From contig OX597823.1 in NCBI GenBank assembly GCA_951406725.2, positions 49,662,001 through 49,726,000 on the forward strand: a stretch of DNA of 64,000 nt, given 5' to 3'. Below the pieces are notes generated by a model. The model had not been told where the DNA came from, ran no database searches, and worked only from the letters and a program-made list of their open reading frames with translations. Made by a program: the position numbers and the translations under genes. The number at the start of each line of letters is the position of its first letter. The first letter of the stretch is position 1. This document shows, in pieces, positions 39,222 to 50,796 of this stretch. This DNA is from Octopus vulgaris. Lineage: Eukaryota.

Positions 39222-41070
39222 CCTTTCTACTATAGGCACAAGACCTGCAATATTGGGGGAGGATGCTAGTCAATCACACTGATCCCAATGCTCAACTGTT
39301 ACTTATTTCATTGACCCTGAAGGGATGAATGGCTAAGTCGATCTCGGTGGAATTTGAACTCAGAACCTAACGGTACAAAATGAAATGCTACCAAGGATTT
39401 CGCCTGACATGCTAGCAAATCTGCCAGCTCACTGCCTTAATAATAATAATACCGTTTCTACAATAGCACAAAGCCTGAAATTCCAGGGCATGTGACTTGT
39501 TGATTATATTGACCCCATTGCTCAGCTGGTACTGAAAGGATGAAAAGTTATGTAGAATTTGGACTCTGAGCACAAAGACAAACAAAATGCTGCTAAGCAT
39601 TTTGTCTGGTGTGCTAATTATTCTGCCAGCTCACAGACTTTATAATAATAATAATAATAATATTAATAATAATAATAATGATGATGACGCAGTACCAGGC
39701 AGTGGCTCTCATGGCTTCTGATCTTAACTGATTGGAAGTTTTATCATGCACATTGTTTTGTCTTAGTATAAAAGATGGGCTACAGCAAATATTCTGCTCA
39801 ATACCACAGATTTGCTTGTCAGATGTTTGACCGTAACCAGTTGAGCATGTCCCTTAGTGGCTGACGATATGTGCATCTCTGATGACGAGCAGAAGTAGTG
39901 GGGGAGCATCATAGCCATGTGTTGAGAGGAAGTCTTTGGGGTTTGAATAATTCACCTCTGGAAATATGGGTATTTTGTTTAGCATTCTTAAACAACCCTT
40001 ATTCATGGTCTTCTTGAGTGTGTTGTTTATCTTGATATAAGGTCACCATGTTGTGCACATATGGTTGTGATGCATGCATCTGGTGTACCCTTATGAGACG
40101 GGTAGTCATGATGGGTATATTGGGTTTTGTATATTTGTACCCCAGTGTCACTTCGATGGCTTGCACTGCTCTCTTACTTAATAATAATAATAATAATAAT
40201 AATCTTCTAACTTGTTGTCTCTTGAGGTCTCTGGTTGAGACTTAAAGTCAACTTGTACAAATACAAAGCAAAAGCTAAACATATAATAATAATGATGATG
40301 AAGATGATGATGGTTTCAAAATTTGGCGTAAGGTCAGCAATTTTGGGGGAGGGAGTAAGTCAATTACATTGATCCCAGAGTTCAACTGGTACTTATTTTT
40401 TCAACCCAGAAAGGATGAAAGGCGAAGTCAACCTTGGAAGAATTTGCACTCAGAACATAAAGTGGTCAAAATGCTAATGCTTCTGCCAGTTTGCTGTTGA
40501 TTAATAATAATAATAATAATAATTTATTTCTTTATTGCCCACAAGGGGCTAAACATAGAGGGAACAAACAAGGACAGACAAGGGGATTAAGTCAATTACA
40601 TTGACCCCAGTGCGTAACTGGTACTAAATTTATCAACTCCGAAAGGATGAAAGGCAAAGTCGCCTCGGTGGAATTTGAACCCACAACATAAATGGTTTCT
40701 GGTTTAGGCACAGGGTCAGCACTTTTGAGGGGTGGGGATTAGTCAATTACATCGACCACAGTCCTTGAATGGAAATTTATTTTATCAAACCCTGAAAGAA
40801 TGAAAGACAGAGTAGACCTTAATAGGATATGCACTCAGGACTAAATGTCATAAGCTCTAACAATTATGCCAATGCACTGCTCTTAATGACTTTCTAGCAT
40901 CAGTACAAAGCCTGAAATTTGTGTGTATGTTCGTGTGTTGGGAGGAGGAGTAGATTTAGTCAATAGCATCAATCTCAGCACATGACAGATGTTTTATTTT
41001 ATTGATGTCAAAAGGATGACAGGCGAAGTTGACTCTGGCAGGATTTGAACTCAGAACATAGAGGGCTGGA
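39222..41070 (-). repeat. Cluster of ~6 head-to-tail SINE B copies in (AAT)n/(ACT)n tracts
   Basis: Copies near 39222, 39454, 40312, 40525, 40694 and 40890, each with GGATGAAAGG..AAGT.GAC...GAATTTGAACTCAGAAC. Confidence 0.8.
39686..40290 (+). mobile_element. Unclassified insertion(s) in an (AAT)n tract, possibly UTR parts of a microsatellite-targeting LINE
   Basis: A ~500-bp block and a ~90-bp block, each bounded by (AAT)n. No ORF homology recognised. Confidence 0.4.
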
Positions 41071-41092
41071 ACAAATGTATATAATACAATAT

Positions 41093-41667
41093 TCTCTCTT
41101 TTTACTCTTTTACTCTTTTACTTGTTTCAGTCATTTGACTGCGGCCATACTGGAGCACCGCCTTTAATCGAGCAACTTGACCCCGGGACTTATTCTTTGT
41201 AAGCTCAGTACTTATTCTATCGGTCTCTTTTGCCAAACTGCTAAGTGACAGGGACATAAACACACCAGCATTGGTTGTCAAGCAATGCTAGGGGGACAAA
41301 CACAGACACACAAACATACACGCACATATATATATACAGGGTGTCCCAAAAAAATGTATACACACCTTAAATAATTGTAAATTTGTTTTTCTTTGTAAGC
41401 CTAGTACTTATTCTATCGTTCTCTTTTGCCAAACCACTATGTGTATACATTTTTTGGGGACACCCTGTATATATATATGTATGTATATATAGATATATAT
41501 ATATATATGTATATATATCATCATCATCATCATCATCATCGTTTAGCGTCCGTTTTCCATGCTAGCATGGGTTGGACGGGTCAACTGGTGTCTGTGAAGC
41601 TGGAAGGCTTCGTCAGGCCCAGTCAGATCTGGCAGTGTTTCTACGGCTGGATGCCCTTCCTAACGCC

Positions 41668-41717
<50 letters not shown>

Positions 41718-41880
41718 TACGACGGGCTTCTTTTAGTTTCCGTCTACCAAATCCACTGACAATGCTTTGGTCGGCCCGAGGTTATAGTAGAAGACACTTG
41801 CCCAAGGTGCCATGCAGTCGGACTGAATCCGGAACCATGTGGTTGGTAAGCAAGCTACTTACCACACAGCCACTCCAGTG
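41093..41880 (-). mobile_element. SINE family A interrupted by a MITE and a family E element
   Basis: Tail at 41093-41330 and head at 41715-41880, with insertions in the central (TA)n. Confidence 0.85.
41337..41467. mobile_element. Tc1/mariner-type MITE containing a SINE A segment
   Basis: TIRs CAGGGTGTCCCAAAAAAATGTATACAC / GTGTATACATTTTTTGGGGACACCCTG with TA flanks. Confidence 0.85.
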
Positions 41881-41919
41881 CCTTCTGTTCAAAAAATAGT
41901 TAATATTGTTGTAAGAATT

Positions 41920-44043
41920 TAAGGCAGCGAGCTGGCAGAATCATTAGCATACTGGGCAAAATGCTTAGTGGCATTTCTTCTGACTTTACGATCTGAGTTC
42001 AAATGCCACCAGGATTTACTTTGCCTTTGATCCTTTCAGGGGAAGGAAGAAGGGTTGAAATAAGTACGAGTTGAATACTGGAGTCAATGTAATCAACTAA
42101 GCCCCTCCTCGGAAATTGCTGGCCTTGTGCTATAATTTGAATCCAATATTTGCTCAGGAATAAATTCTCTAACTAACCATTCTATACCACTGTTGACTGA
42201 GAGAATTCAGTGCTAATATTGCAGACAACAAGGCCCTTCTCTCTCTCTCCTCATCCCCACTCTCTCTTATCTCACCTACTTGACTGCTTAGTTAAGAATG
42301 GAAAGAGATTTGGAGATTAACAGGCCACAGCATAATGTCAATTGTTGAATTATGAACTCAAAACTATTCTGCTGAAAGAACTCTTTGAAACTAAATCATG
42401 TGAGTATAAAAAAATTATATAAAATATGATGGTGATATTTTTTTCCTGTTTTTAAGAAGTCTTTTTTTGTTAATTTGTCAGCATTATTTTTTGTTCTTGC
42501 TATAATTTTTTAATACATCAATTGAACAATAAAATACTATAGAATTTTTTTCTCCTCTACATGTCAGAATAACTTTACAATGGAACTTAAAATCCATGGA
42601 TCACAAATATTTGATCTTGATTACTCTCATCTCTATTTAGTCAGAGATGATGTATGTACTAGCAATGGACACCAAATAATAATAATTCTTGAGAGTATTA
42701 TAGCAGAGGTTTGCAGAATTGATAAAACATTGGACAAAATGCCTAGCAGAATTCATTCCAGTTATTTACATTTTGAGCTCAAATTTCACCAAAGTCATCT
42801 TTGCTTTTGCATCATTCCAGGATCAATAACATAAAGTACCTGTGTATCACTGGGGCTGATGATATCAACTAACACTTTTTTTTACATCAAAATTTCTGGT
42901 TCTGTGTCTAAATTAGAAATGCTATTATTAATGGGGTAAACTGGCAAAACCGTTAGTATGCCAGGCAAAATGCATAGTGGCATTTTGTCTATCCTTACAT
43001 TTTGAGTTCAAATTCCGCCAAGGTTGACTTTGCCTTTCATCCCTTTGGGAGTCTATGAAATAAGTACCAGTTACACACTGGGGTCAATGTAATTGAGTAG
43101 CCCCCTTTCCCCACAGTTTCAGGCTTTGTGCCTATAGCAGGAAGGACTATAAAGGAAGTAAGCTGGCAATCATTACTGCACTGGACAAAATACTTCGCAG
43201 CATTTATTCCAGCTTTACATTCTAAGTTCAAATTCCACCAAAATCAACTTCGCTTTCCATCCTTTCATGGTTGATAAAATAGGTAGGAGTCCATGTAATC
43301 AACTTCCTTCCCCTCAAAATTGCTGACTTTGTGCCAAAATTAGGAAGGATTATCATCATCATCATCATCATTATTAAGGCGGCGAGCTGGCAGAATTGTT
43401 GGCCTGCCAGGCAAAATGCTTAGCGGCATTTCATCTGTCTTTATATTCTTGGTTCAAATTCTGCTGAATTTGGATAAAATTTGGATAAAATTGCTTTTAT
43501 CCTTTTGGGGTCGATAAAATAAGTACCAGCTGTCATCAACTTACCCCATCCTTCAAACTTACTGGCCTTGTGCCAAAATTTGAAACAATTATTATTATAA
43601 TTATTATTATTGTTGTTGTTAAGGTGGTGAAGGTGGAAAGGTGGCTGAATTATTAGCATGTTGGACAAAATGCTTAGTGGTGTTTTGTCCATTTTTTATG
43701 TTCCAAGTTTGAATTCTGCCAAGATTGACTTCACATTTCATTCTTGTGGGGTCAATAAAATAAGTACCAGTTAAGAGCTGGGGTTGATATAAATGATAGC
43801 CTCCTCTCCACTAAATTTCAAGCCTTGTGGTTTTAGTAGAAGGGATTATTTATTAAGGTGGTGAGCTGGCAGAATTGTTAGCACGTTAGACCAAAATACT
43901 TAGTGTCGTTTCTTCAGAGTTCAAATTCTACCAGGTTGACTTTTCAGGGTTGATAATATAAGTACCAGTCAAGTACTGGGGTTGAAGTAATTTACTTGCC
44001 CATTCCTGTTAAACAAGCTGGCCCCATACCAAAATTTGAAACC
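41920..44043 (+). repeat. Cluster of ~7 SINE B copies, six head-to-tail (42700-44043)
   Basis: Repeated GAGCTGGCAGAAT...GAGTTCAAATTC...AAGTACCAG units separated by (ATT)n/(ATC)n. Confidence 0.85.
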
Positions 44044-44044
44044 C

Positions 44045-44345
44045 TCATTATCATTTATTACTATTTTTTTTTTTACTTCTCAGAGTTCTTGATTTTACTT
44101 GCTTCAGTTAATAGTGAGAACAGACAACAAAATGTCAAAGGTCTCACAGGGCCTCTTTCCATAATACTTAACATCCAAGTATCAATCTCAAAAGCCTAGC
44201 TGTAGCAAATAGAACAGTTTTCTGAGCATGTCCAAACTGCATATCAATTCTAATTTCTCAAACTTGGTTGTTAGTGCTCCCATTGCCCCTACAACTATTG
44301 AGATGACAGTTACTCTCTTCATTGCCTACATTCTTACAATTTCTT
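44045..44345 (-). mobile_element. R4/Dong-type LINE extreme 3' fragment
   Basis: Minus strand reads AMKRVTVISIVVGAMGALTTKFEK...HAQKTVLFATARLLRLILGC*, matching the R4 C-terminal PxVVGALG...QKxxLLGTARILR pattern. Confidence 0.65.
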
Positions 44346-44859
44346 ATTCATTATTATCATTAGTACTAATACAGTTGAGAAGCATAACCCCTAGATCAGT
44401 CATGAGCAATTTACAGGACTTTCTGAATGTCACATCTAGTGAAAAATTACCTTCAATATTTTTTAGTAGTGTGACCTGGTTGATGATGAGCCTTGTCTCA
44501 TTTGGCCCACCTCTCATTAAAGATAGCTAATGCCTGCTCTAAATCATCAGGATAGATATTGTAGAGCATTTCATAATTTGTATTGCCACAATGAAACAAC
44601 ATGTTGATACAAAATGGGTGTAACTGATTGCAATTAAGGGATGTAGTTGATTGCAAGTAGAGATTACATCTAAGCAAGGATGTAGGCGATTGTATGAAGG
44701 GGCTATATAATTGTATGCAAGTATGTTTTCTTACAAGCTGAACCAAACTTAGTAGTGTAAACCAACAAATCGCTTATTACTTTTAGTTTCATTTATTTAC
44801 ATTAATTTCATATCATGTGAACAATTATCAGTTTTTACACTGCACAAATATATACTTAA

Positions 44860-45066
44860 CCTTTCAGCATTCAAATTACTCTGTCAAATGTAATACCTGT
44901 ATATTCACATTGTTTCAAATTGATCATACATAACCTTATTCCTTCGAGATTTTGGTGCGATTGTTTATTTCTAGAATAACACTGTTGAGAGGACAGATCT
45001 TGCTGATTTGAATATAGAACAGGTAGAATATTTTAGCTGGATTTGGCCAGTTTAAATGCTATAGGG
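44860..45066. mobile_element. piggyBac-type MITE
   Basis: TTAA at 44856-44859 and 45067-45070; ends CCTTTCAGCATT / AATGCTATAGGG. Confidence 0.75.
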
Positions 45067-45681
45067 TTAAAAACAATTTAAAATTAAAAGATTACCCAAG
45101 AAAAATGTTACCCTTATTTATATCTTTTATCTTTTACTCGTTTCAGTATTTGTACTGCAGCCATGCTGGAGCACAACCTTAGTCAAAAAAAATCAATCCT
45201 AGTACTTATTTTCATTCTATTGGTCCCCTTTTTTCATGAGCCACTAAGTTACACCACTAAGGTATGTAAACAAGCTAACACACACACACACATTATGGTC
45301 CTGATCAGTTAGGAAATCAGAATATTTCCAATGCAGCACTCAACCTCAGCTTGCGGCTATCTAGAATCCTACAATCTTGAACTGTAGTTTCAAATATTAC
45401 ATAATTTTTCACATGAAATATATAATGGTTTTAAAAACAAAGTGTTATCAAAACAATTGCAACTGGAAATTAAATATATGCTAAACTCTTTCTTTGCCCT
45501 CTTATTTGAATTAAATATACAAAAATTTATCGAAATTGCAAGGATAATCCGGTTCTTGACTGAGGATAGAAAGCTTCAAATGACCCGTCCTTGTTTTTTT
45601 TGTATCGTCTATCTGGATGTTTTGTTGTCCCTTTTTGTATCACCTAGATGTCTGGATATTTTGCGTTCTTGTCCCATTTTG

Positions 45682-45727
<46 letters not shown>

Positions 45728-47603
45728 CATGCTTTCCAGCTACATAGTCCCAGGTTCAGTCCTACTGCATGGCACCTTGGGCAAGTGTCTTTAGTCTTAG
45801 GCTGACCAAATCCTTGTGAGCGGATTTGGTAGATGGGAACTGAAAGAAGCCCATCATGTATATAAATATCTGAGTGTGTGTGTGTCCCACCAGCGCTTGA
45901 CAATCAGTGCAGGCTCAAAAAAAAAATAAAATAAAATAAAATTACTGGGGTCAATTCATTCAACTAAAAATTCTTCAGGGCAGTGTCCCAACATGGCCGC
46001 TGACTAATGACTGAAACAGATAAAAGAGAAAAGATACAATGGGCTTCTTTCACTAGGCTTTTGTCTGCGTAGGGCTATAGTAGAAGACACTTGCTCAAGC
46101 CATGTTGCAATAAGACTAAACTCAAGACTTCATGGTTGGGAAGCAAGCATCTAACAGTGATAATTCTCACTACTGGTTTGGGATTTCCAAAGGCCCTATT
46201 GTTATTTCACAGTATTTCCTACAGTAAGCGTTACAGGTGATTAGCTAAGCAACTCAGGTGAAGGTAAGGCTCAAAGCATTAGTTTGCCAAGCTTTATTAC
46301 TGATGAGTATTTCTTTTACGCTTGTACATAACAGGCTTCAGTACAGTTTCCATCTACCAAATTTTACTCACAAGGTTATTAGGTCAACTCAAGGATATAT
46401 ATATATATATATATATAATAGAAGACATCTGCCCAAGATGCTGTCACATGAAATCAAACGCAGACACTCAAACATACCATGCCTACTTCACAAGTAAGCA
46501 ATATTATGAATTATATTATCTTGTGATACATATTTTATAGCTAGGTGAATTCGACAGGTTAACTGAGAGTTAAGAATTTTGCCCGTACAAGACAATAAAG
46601 TTAACAAAAGAATAGGAACTGGGGTTCCTTGACCAATTGTGCAACATTCTCTCTACTTGACCAACCATGTGTCAAGCAGAGGAGACTCTGAAGGCAACAG
46701 AACATTTTCATAATTCACTGAATTCTATGGCCAAAAGTCATTTACAACTTGCAGCTATACTATTATTATCATATAGACTTCTCTCTCTCTCTCTTGCTCT
46801 CTCTTTCTCTCTCACACACACACATACACTTCTGTGTGTGTGTGTGAAAGCAATGCTTCCTAAGTCTGCTCCTATAACAACAGCAAATTAGATTTCTTTT
46901 ATTAGATTTTCTAGAATAAATGAATGACAGTACTGTTGAATCATGCTTACATAGATTCTACAATAATGAATCCTTCCTTGTTCATCGTATCACCATCACA
47001 GTCAGTTCTATGCCTGTTTATCAATGCTGACATGGATTGGATGAAGCAGCGTGCAGTATCATCTTACAAAGCAGAATTAGCAGAAGAGGGGGAAAAAAAT
47101 AGTTTGACCAGGAGCTATTAATAAGATTTGTTTCTAGTAAATGTAGAAAGGCAAGGAAATTTGAATTATCAAACAACCCTCACAATAAAAGAATGTTCAA
47201 AGAAAGGAAGTTTATGATATACCACTAATGTTATCATGTATGGTAATGAAAGATGAGCTAAGTTGGGAGGAATTCTGCATTAAACATACAACGTAAAACC
47301 TGATATATGTAGATTAGCAAAAGACTAGGGACCAAAAGAAACTAATACCTATCAAGACAATTTAAAATTTTAAAAGATACCTATAGTAAGATCATATTCA
47401 TAATTATCATTATTATGAAGTGGTAGAATCATTAGAAAATCAATATTTCATCCAGCCTTTAAATTCTGATCTCAAACTCTGCACAAGTCAACTTAGCTTT
47501 CATCCTTCCAGAGTTCATAAAATAAACAACCAGTAAGTACTGAAGTCAATTTACATGACTAAACCCCCTCCCTTTTATTATCTGGTCTTGTGCCTATGTT
47601 AGA

Positions 47604-47644
<41 letters not shown>

Positions 47645-47657
47645 GAGGAGGAGGAGG

Positions 47658-47990
47658 AGACCCCCTTCGGTCATGAATGACCATGGGATTGCACCTAGAA
47701 AGTTGCCCTCCGAAGCACAAGTCAGGACAAGATTGTTTGTGGAAGGCCAGCAGTCGCCCATGCATACCAGCCTCCCCTCTCCACACCACTGATGTTATCC
47801 AAGGGAAAGGAAAAGGCCAATGAAGCTTGGTACCAGTGATGTTGCAACTCATTTCTACAGCTGGGTGAGCTGGAGCAACATGAAATAAAGTGTCTTGCTC
47901 AAGAACACAACACACAGCCCAGTGAGGGAATCGAACTCACAACCTCATGATTGTAAACTCTACGCTCTAACCACTGAGCCATGTGCCTTC
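47658..47990 (-). mobile_element. SINE family C, full length, inserted in (AAT)n
   Basis: Reverse complement has A box TGGCTCAGTGG and B box GAGTTCGATTCCC; (AAT)n on both sides. Confidence 0.9.
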
Positions 47991-47992
47991 AC

Positions 47993-48031
<39 letters not shown>

Positions 48032-48032
<1 letters not shown>

Positions 48033-48540
48033 CGGGGGCAAGATAGAGGTAAGACATGATATGAGCACATCCCGCAGAGAATGGTGGGGTCGGAGACTTG
48101 CAAAAAACAGATCAGGTGCTAGAGCTTAACAGACCGGAACTAGTGGTGATGGACAAGATGCACCACGTGCTATATAGTTGATGTTGTGTGTCCCTTAGAC
48201 TCACAAATAGTCTAGAAGGAAGTCAAAAAATAGATATATACAATCTACTTAAGTATGAAATAGCCTGGCTATGGAAAATGAAGAAGGTGAAGAAAGTGCT
48301 AATAATTGTTGGTTCCTTGGGGGACAGTATCAGAAGGCATCAAGAGGAATATAAAGGAAATTGGAATAGAGAGCCCGGTAGAACTGTTACAAAAGATTTG
48401 CCTCCTTGGCATAGCCAGAATAATCAGGAAAGTATTAGTTGAAAAGAACAGATACCATGATACAGTAGGCTGCAGGCAGCAAGCCTGCTATGCATGCAAG
48501 ACTCCAGGAGTTCCAACAAAACCTGAGATGAAAAGAGTAG
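48032..48540 (+). mobile_element. R4/Dong-type LINE 3' fragment (REL endonuclease) in (TAA)n
   Basis: Frameshifted YEHIPQRMVGSETCK..TDQVLELNRPELVVMDK..IVDVVCPLD..KIDIYNLLKYEIAWLWKMKKVKKVLIIVGSLG..ELLQKICLLGIARIIRKVL, flanked by (AAT)n. Confidence 0.85.
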
Positions 48541-48589
48541 ATAATAACAATAATGACAATAATAATAATAATTATTATTATTATTATTT

Positions 48590-49698
48590 AGAAGGCAGCA
48601 AGCTGGCAGAATTGTTAGTATGCTGGACAAAATGCTTAACGGTATTTCACCCGTCGCTCCGATCTGAGTTCAAATTCTGCCAAGAACGACTTTACCTTTC
48701 ATCCTTACAGGGTTGATATAATAAGTACCAGTTGAAGATTGGGGGTCAATGCAATCAACTTATCCTCTCCGAAAAAATGGCTGCCCTTGTGACAAAATTT
48801 GAAACCATTATTATTATTATTATTATTATTTAGGGCAGTGCGTGAGGGAATCATTAGAGCTTTGGAAAGAATACCTTGTGATATTTAGTTATGCTTCATT
48901 CTCAGTTCAAATCCTTGAAGTTAACTGTATCTTTTGTACTTTCAGAGGTCAATAAAAGAAAGTACCAGTCAAATACCGGAGTCAAGGGTATCAATTAAAC
49001 CCCAACCTTCAAAACTGCTTGCAAAATCAGAACCAATTAGTATTATTATTATTACTTAACACGCTGGGCAAAATGCTTAGCAAAATTTTGCCAGTTTTTA
49101 CACTCTGAGTTCAAATACTGGTGAGGTCAACTTTATATTATATCCTTTCAAAGCCGATAAGATAAGTAACAGTTCAGCCCTGGAGTTGATTTGACTTGGC
49201 CCCTTCCACAAAACTGCTGGCATTGGGCTAAAATTTGAAACTATTATTATTATTAAGATGGTGAGCTGGCAGATTTGTTAGCATGCCGGATAAAATGCTT
49301 AGTGGCATTTCTTCCAACTTTACGTTCTGAGTTCAAATGCTGCCGAGATCAACTTTGATCTTACATCCTTTCAGGGTTGACCGAATACGTACCAGGTGAG
49401 CACTGGGTTCAATGTAATTGACTTACACTATCCCTCAAACTTGATAGCCCTGTACTAAAATTTGAAATCATCATCATCATCATCAGGTGGTGACCTGGCA
49501 GACTGATTAACATGACAGATAAAATGCTTAGTGGTATTTCTCCTGGTTTCATGTTCTGAGTTCAAATTCTGCCATGGTTTACTTTACCTTTCATCCTTTT
49601 GGAGTTGATAAAATAAGTCTCAGGTGAGCACTGGGGTTAGTGTAATCAACTAGCACCTTCTTCACAAATTTCAGACCTTGTGCTTATACTTGAAAGAA
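48590..49698 (+). repeat. Five head-to-tail SINE B copies
   Basis: Units start near 48590, 48831, 49058, 49255 and 49485, with (ATT)n/(ATC)n spacers. Confidence 0.85.
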
Positions 49699-50796
49699 TT
49701 ATCATCATCATCATCATTCATTTTTTAATAATCTGAAGTTCTATACTAAGGCTATGCTAGTGAAATCCACAACTCCAGGTTACCGTAGTAAGTTAAGGAC
49801 AGTTGGACCCAATGTGTAAGTTTGGTAACACCAAACAAACATCCATTCTCATATTTCAAAATAGCAAGAATATTTGCTAAAGTTCTGCCAACAGTGTAAA
49901 AGTCTAACAATCCAGTCTTTTATCTCACTGGCAGAGCAAGGAATTTGGCACATTCTGGCAATAGGCCCTTTGCAAATAACAAACTATTTCTAAAAGTATT
50001 CACAAAATCATTTCAAAAATTACATTGAAACAACATTTTAAAAAATATTTTGTACAAAAAAGTGAGAGAGAGAGAGACAGAGTGACTGAGTGAGTGAGTG
50101 AAAGTGGGAGAGAGAAAATATAAAACAAAAACAAGAAATATAAATAAAAAAAACAGCAACAGTCACAAAGTCTGTATTAAAAATACAAACATTTAAAGGC
50201 AAATATGAAATTCAATATTTTAATTTTTTTTTTCTTTTTCTTTTAACAAGGGGTTTTGAAATTTTCGCCCGGTCATTCACACATTCTTGTCTACCAATTT
50301 CAATGTTTTTTTTGCATATTTAACATTTAACTGTCATATACTTTTTACTTAAGAATGAGTGTCATCTTTTTAAATTAGAATTTTAATAATCAACATAAAG
50401 AGCCTAAAAGAACTATTAATAAAAGAAACTGAGCTTTCAACATTTCTAAATCTTTTAAAAGTAATTATTCTTCTCTTTTTTACACACATACAGCCACATT
50501 TCATTTTGTACAAATTTAAGCATATTTCAATGTTTTCCTTTTTTTTCTTTAGAAGAAAAACAAAATTAAAACATACATATATACTTCAAAAGATTTTAGC
50601 ATTTTTTTTACTACTTTTTGCCCTTTTATGTTGCTTTAGAGAAAATTAATTAGATACTAAACAGGAAAAAAAAAACCCCAGAAATCCCCACCAAAATTTG
50701 AAGATCTTTGAATCTGAATAAGTAATTTTAAAAAAAAACAACAATTTCAAAAAACATTAAAATAAATACTCACTTATTCGAAGAAATCCTCTTAAA

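Noticed and set aside
42700-44043. Regular repeat-spacer appearance suggesting a CRISPR-like array
   Set aside because: The units are ~210-bp diverged SINEs with microsatellite spacers in eukaryotic DNA, and no cas genes are present.
45558-45590. GAC-TGAGGA...AAATGACCCGTC hammerhead-like motif before (TA)n
   Set aside because: Stem II cannot be formed and GAAA is missing; too degenerate to claim from this copy alone.
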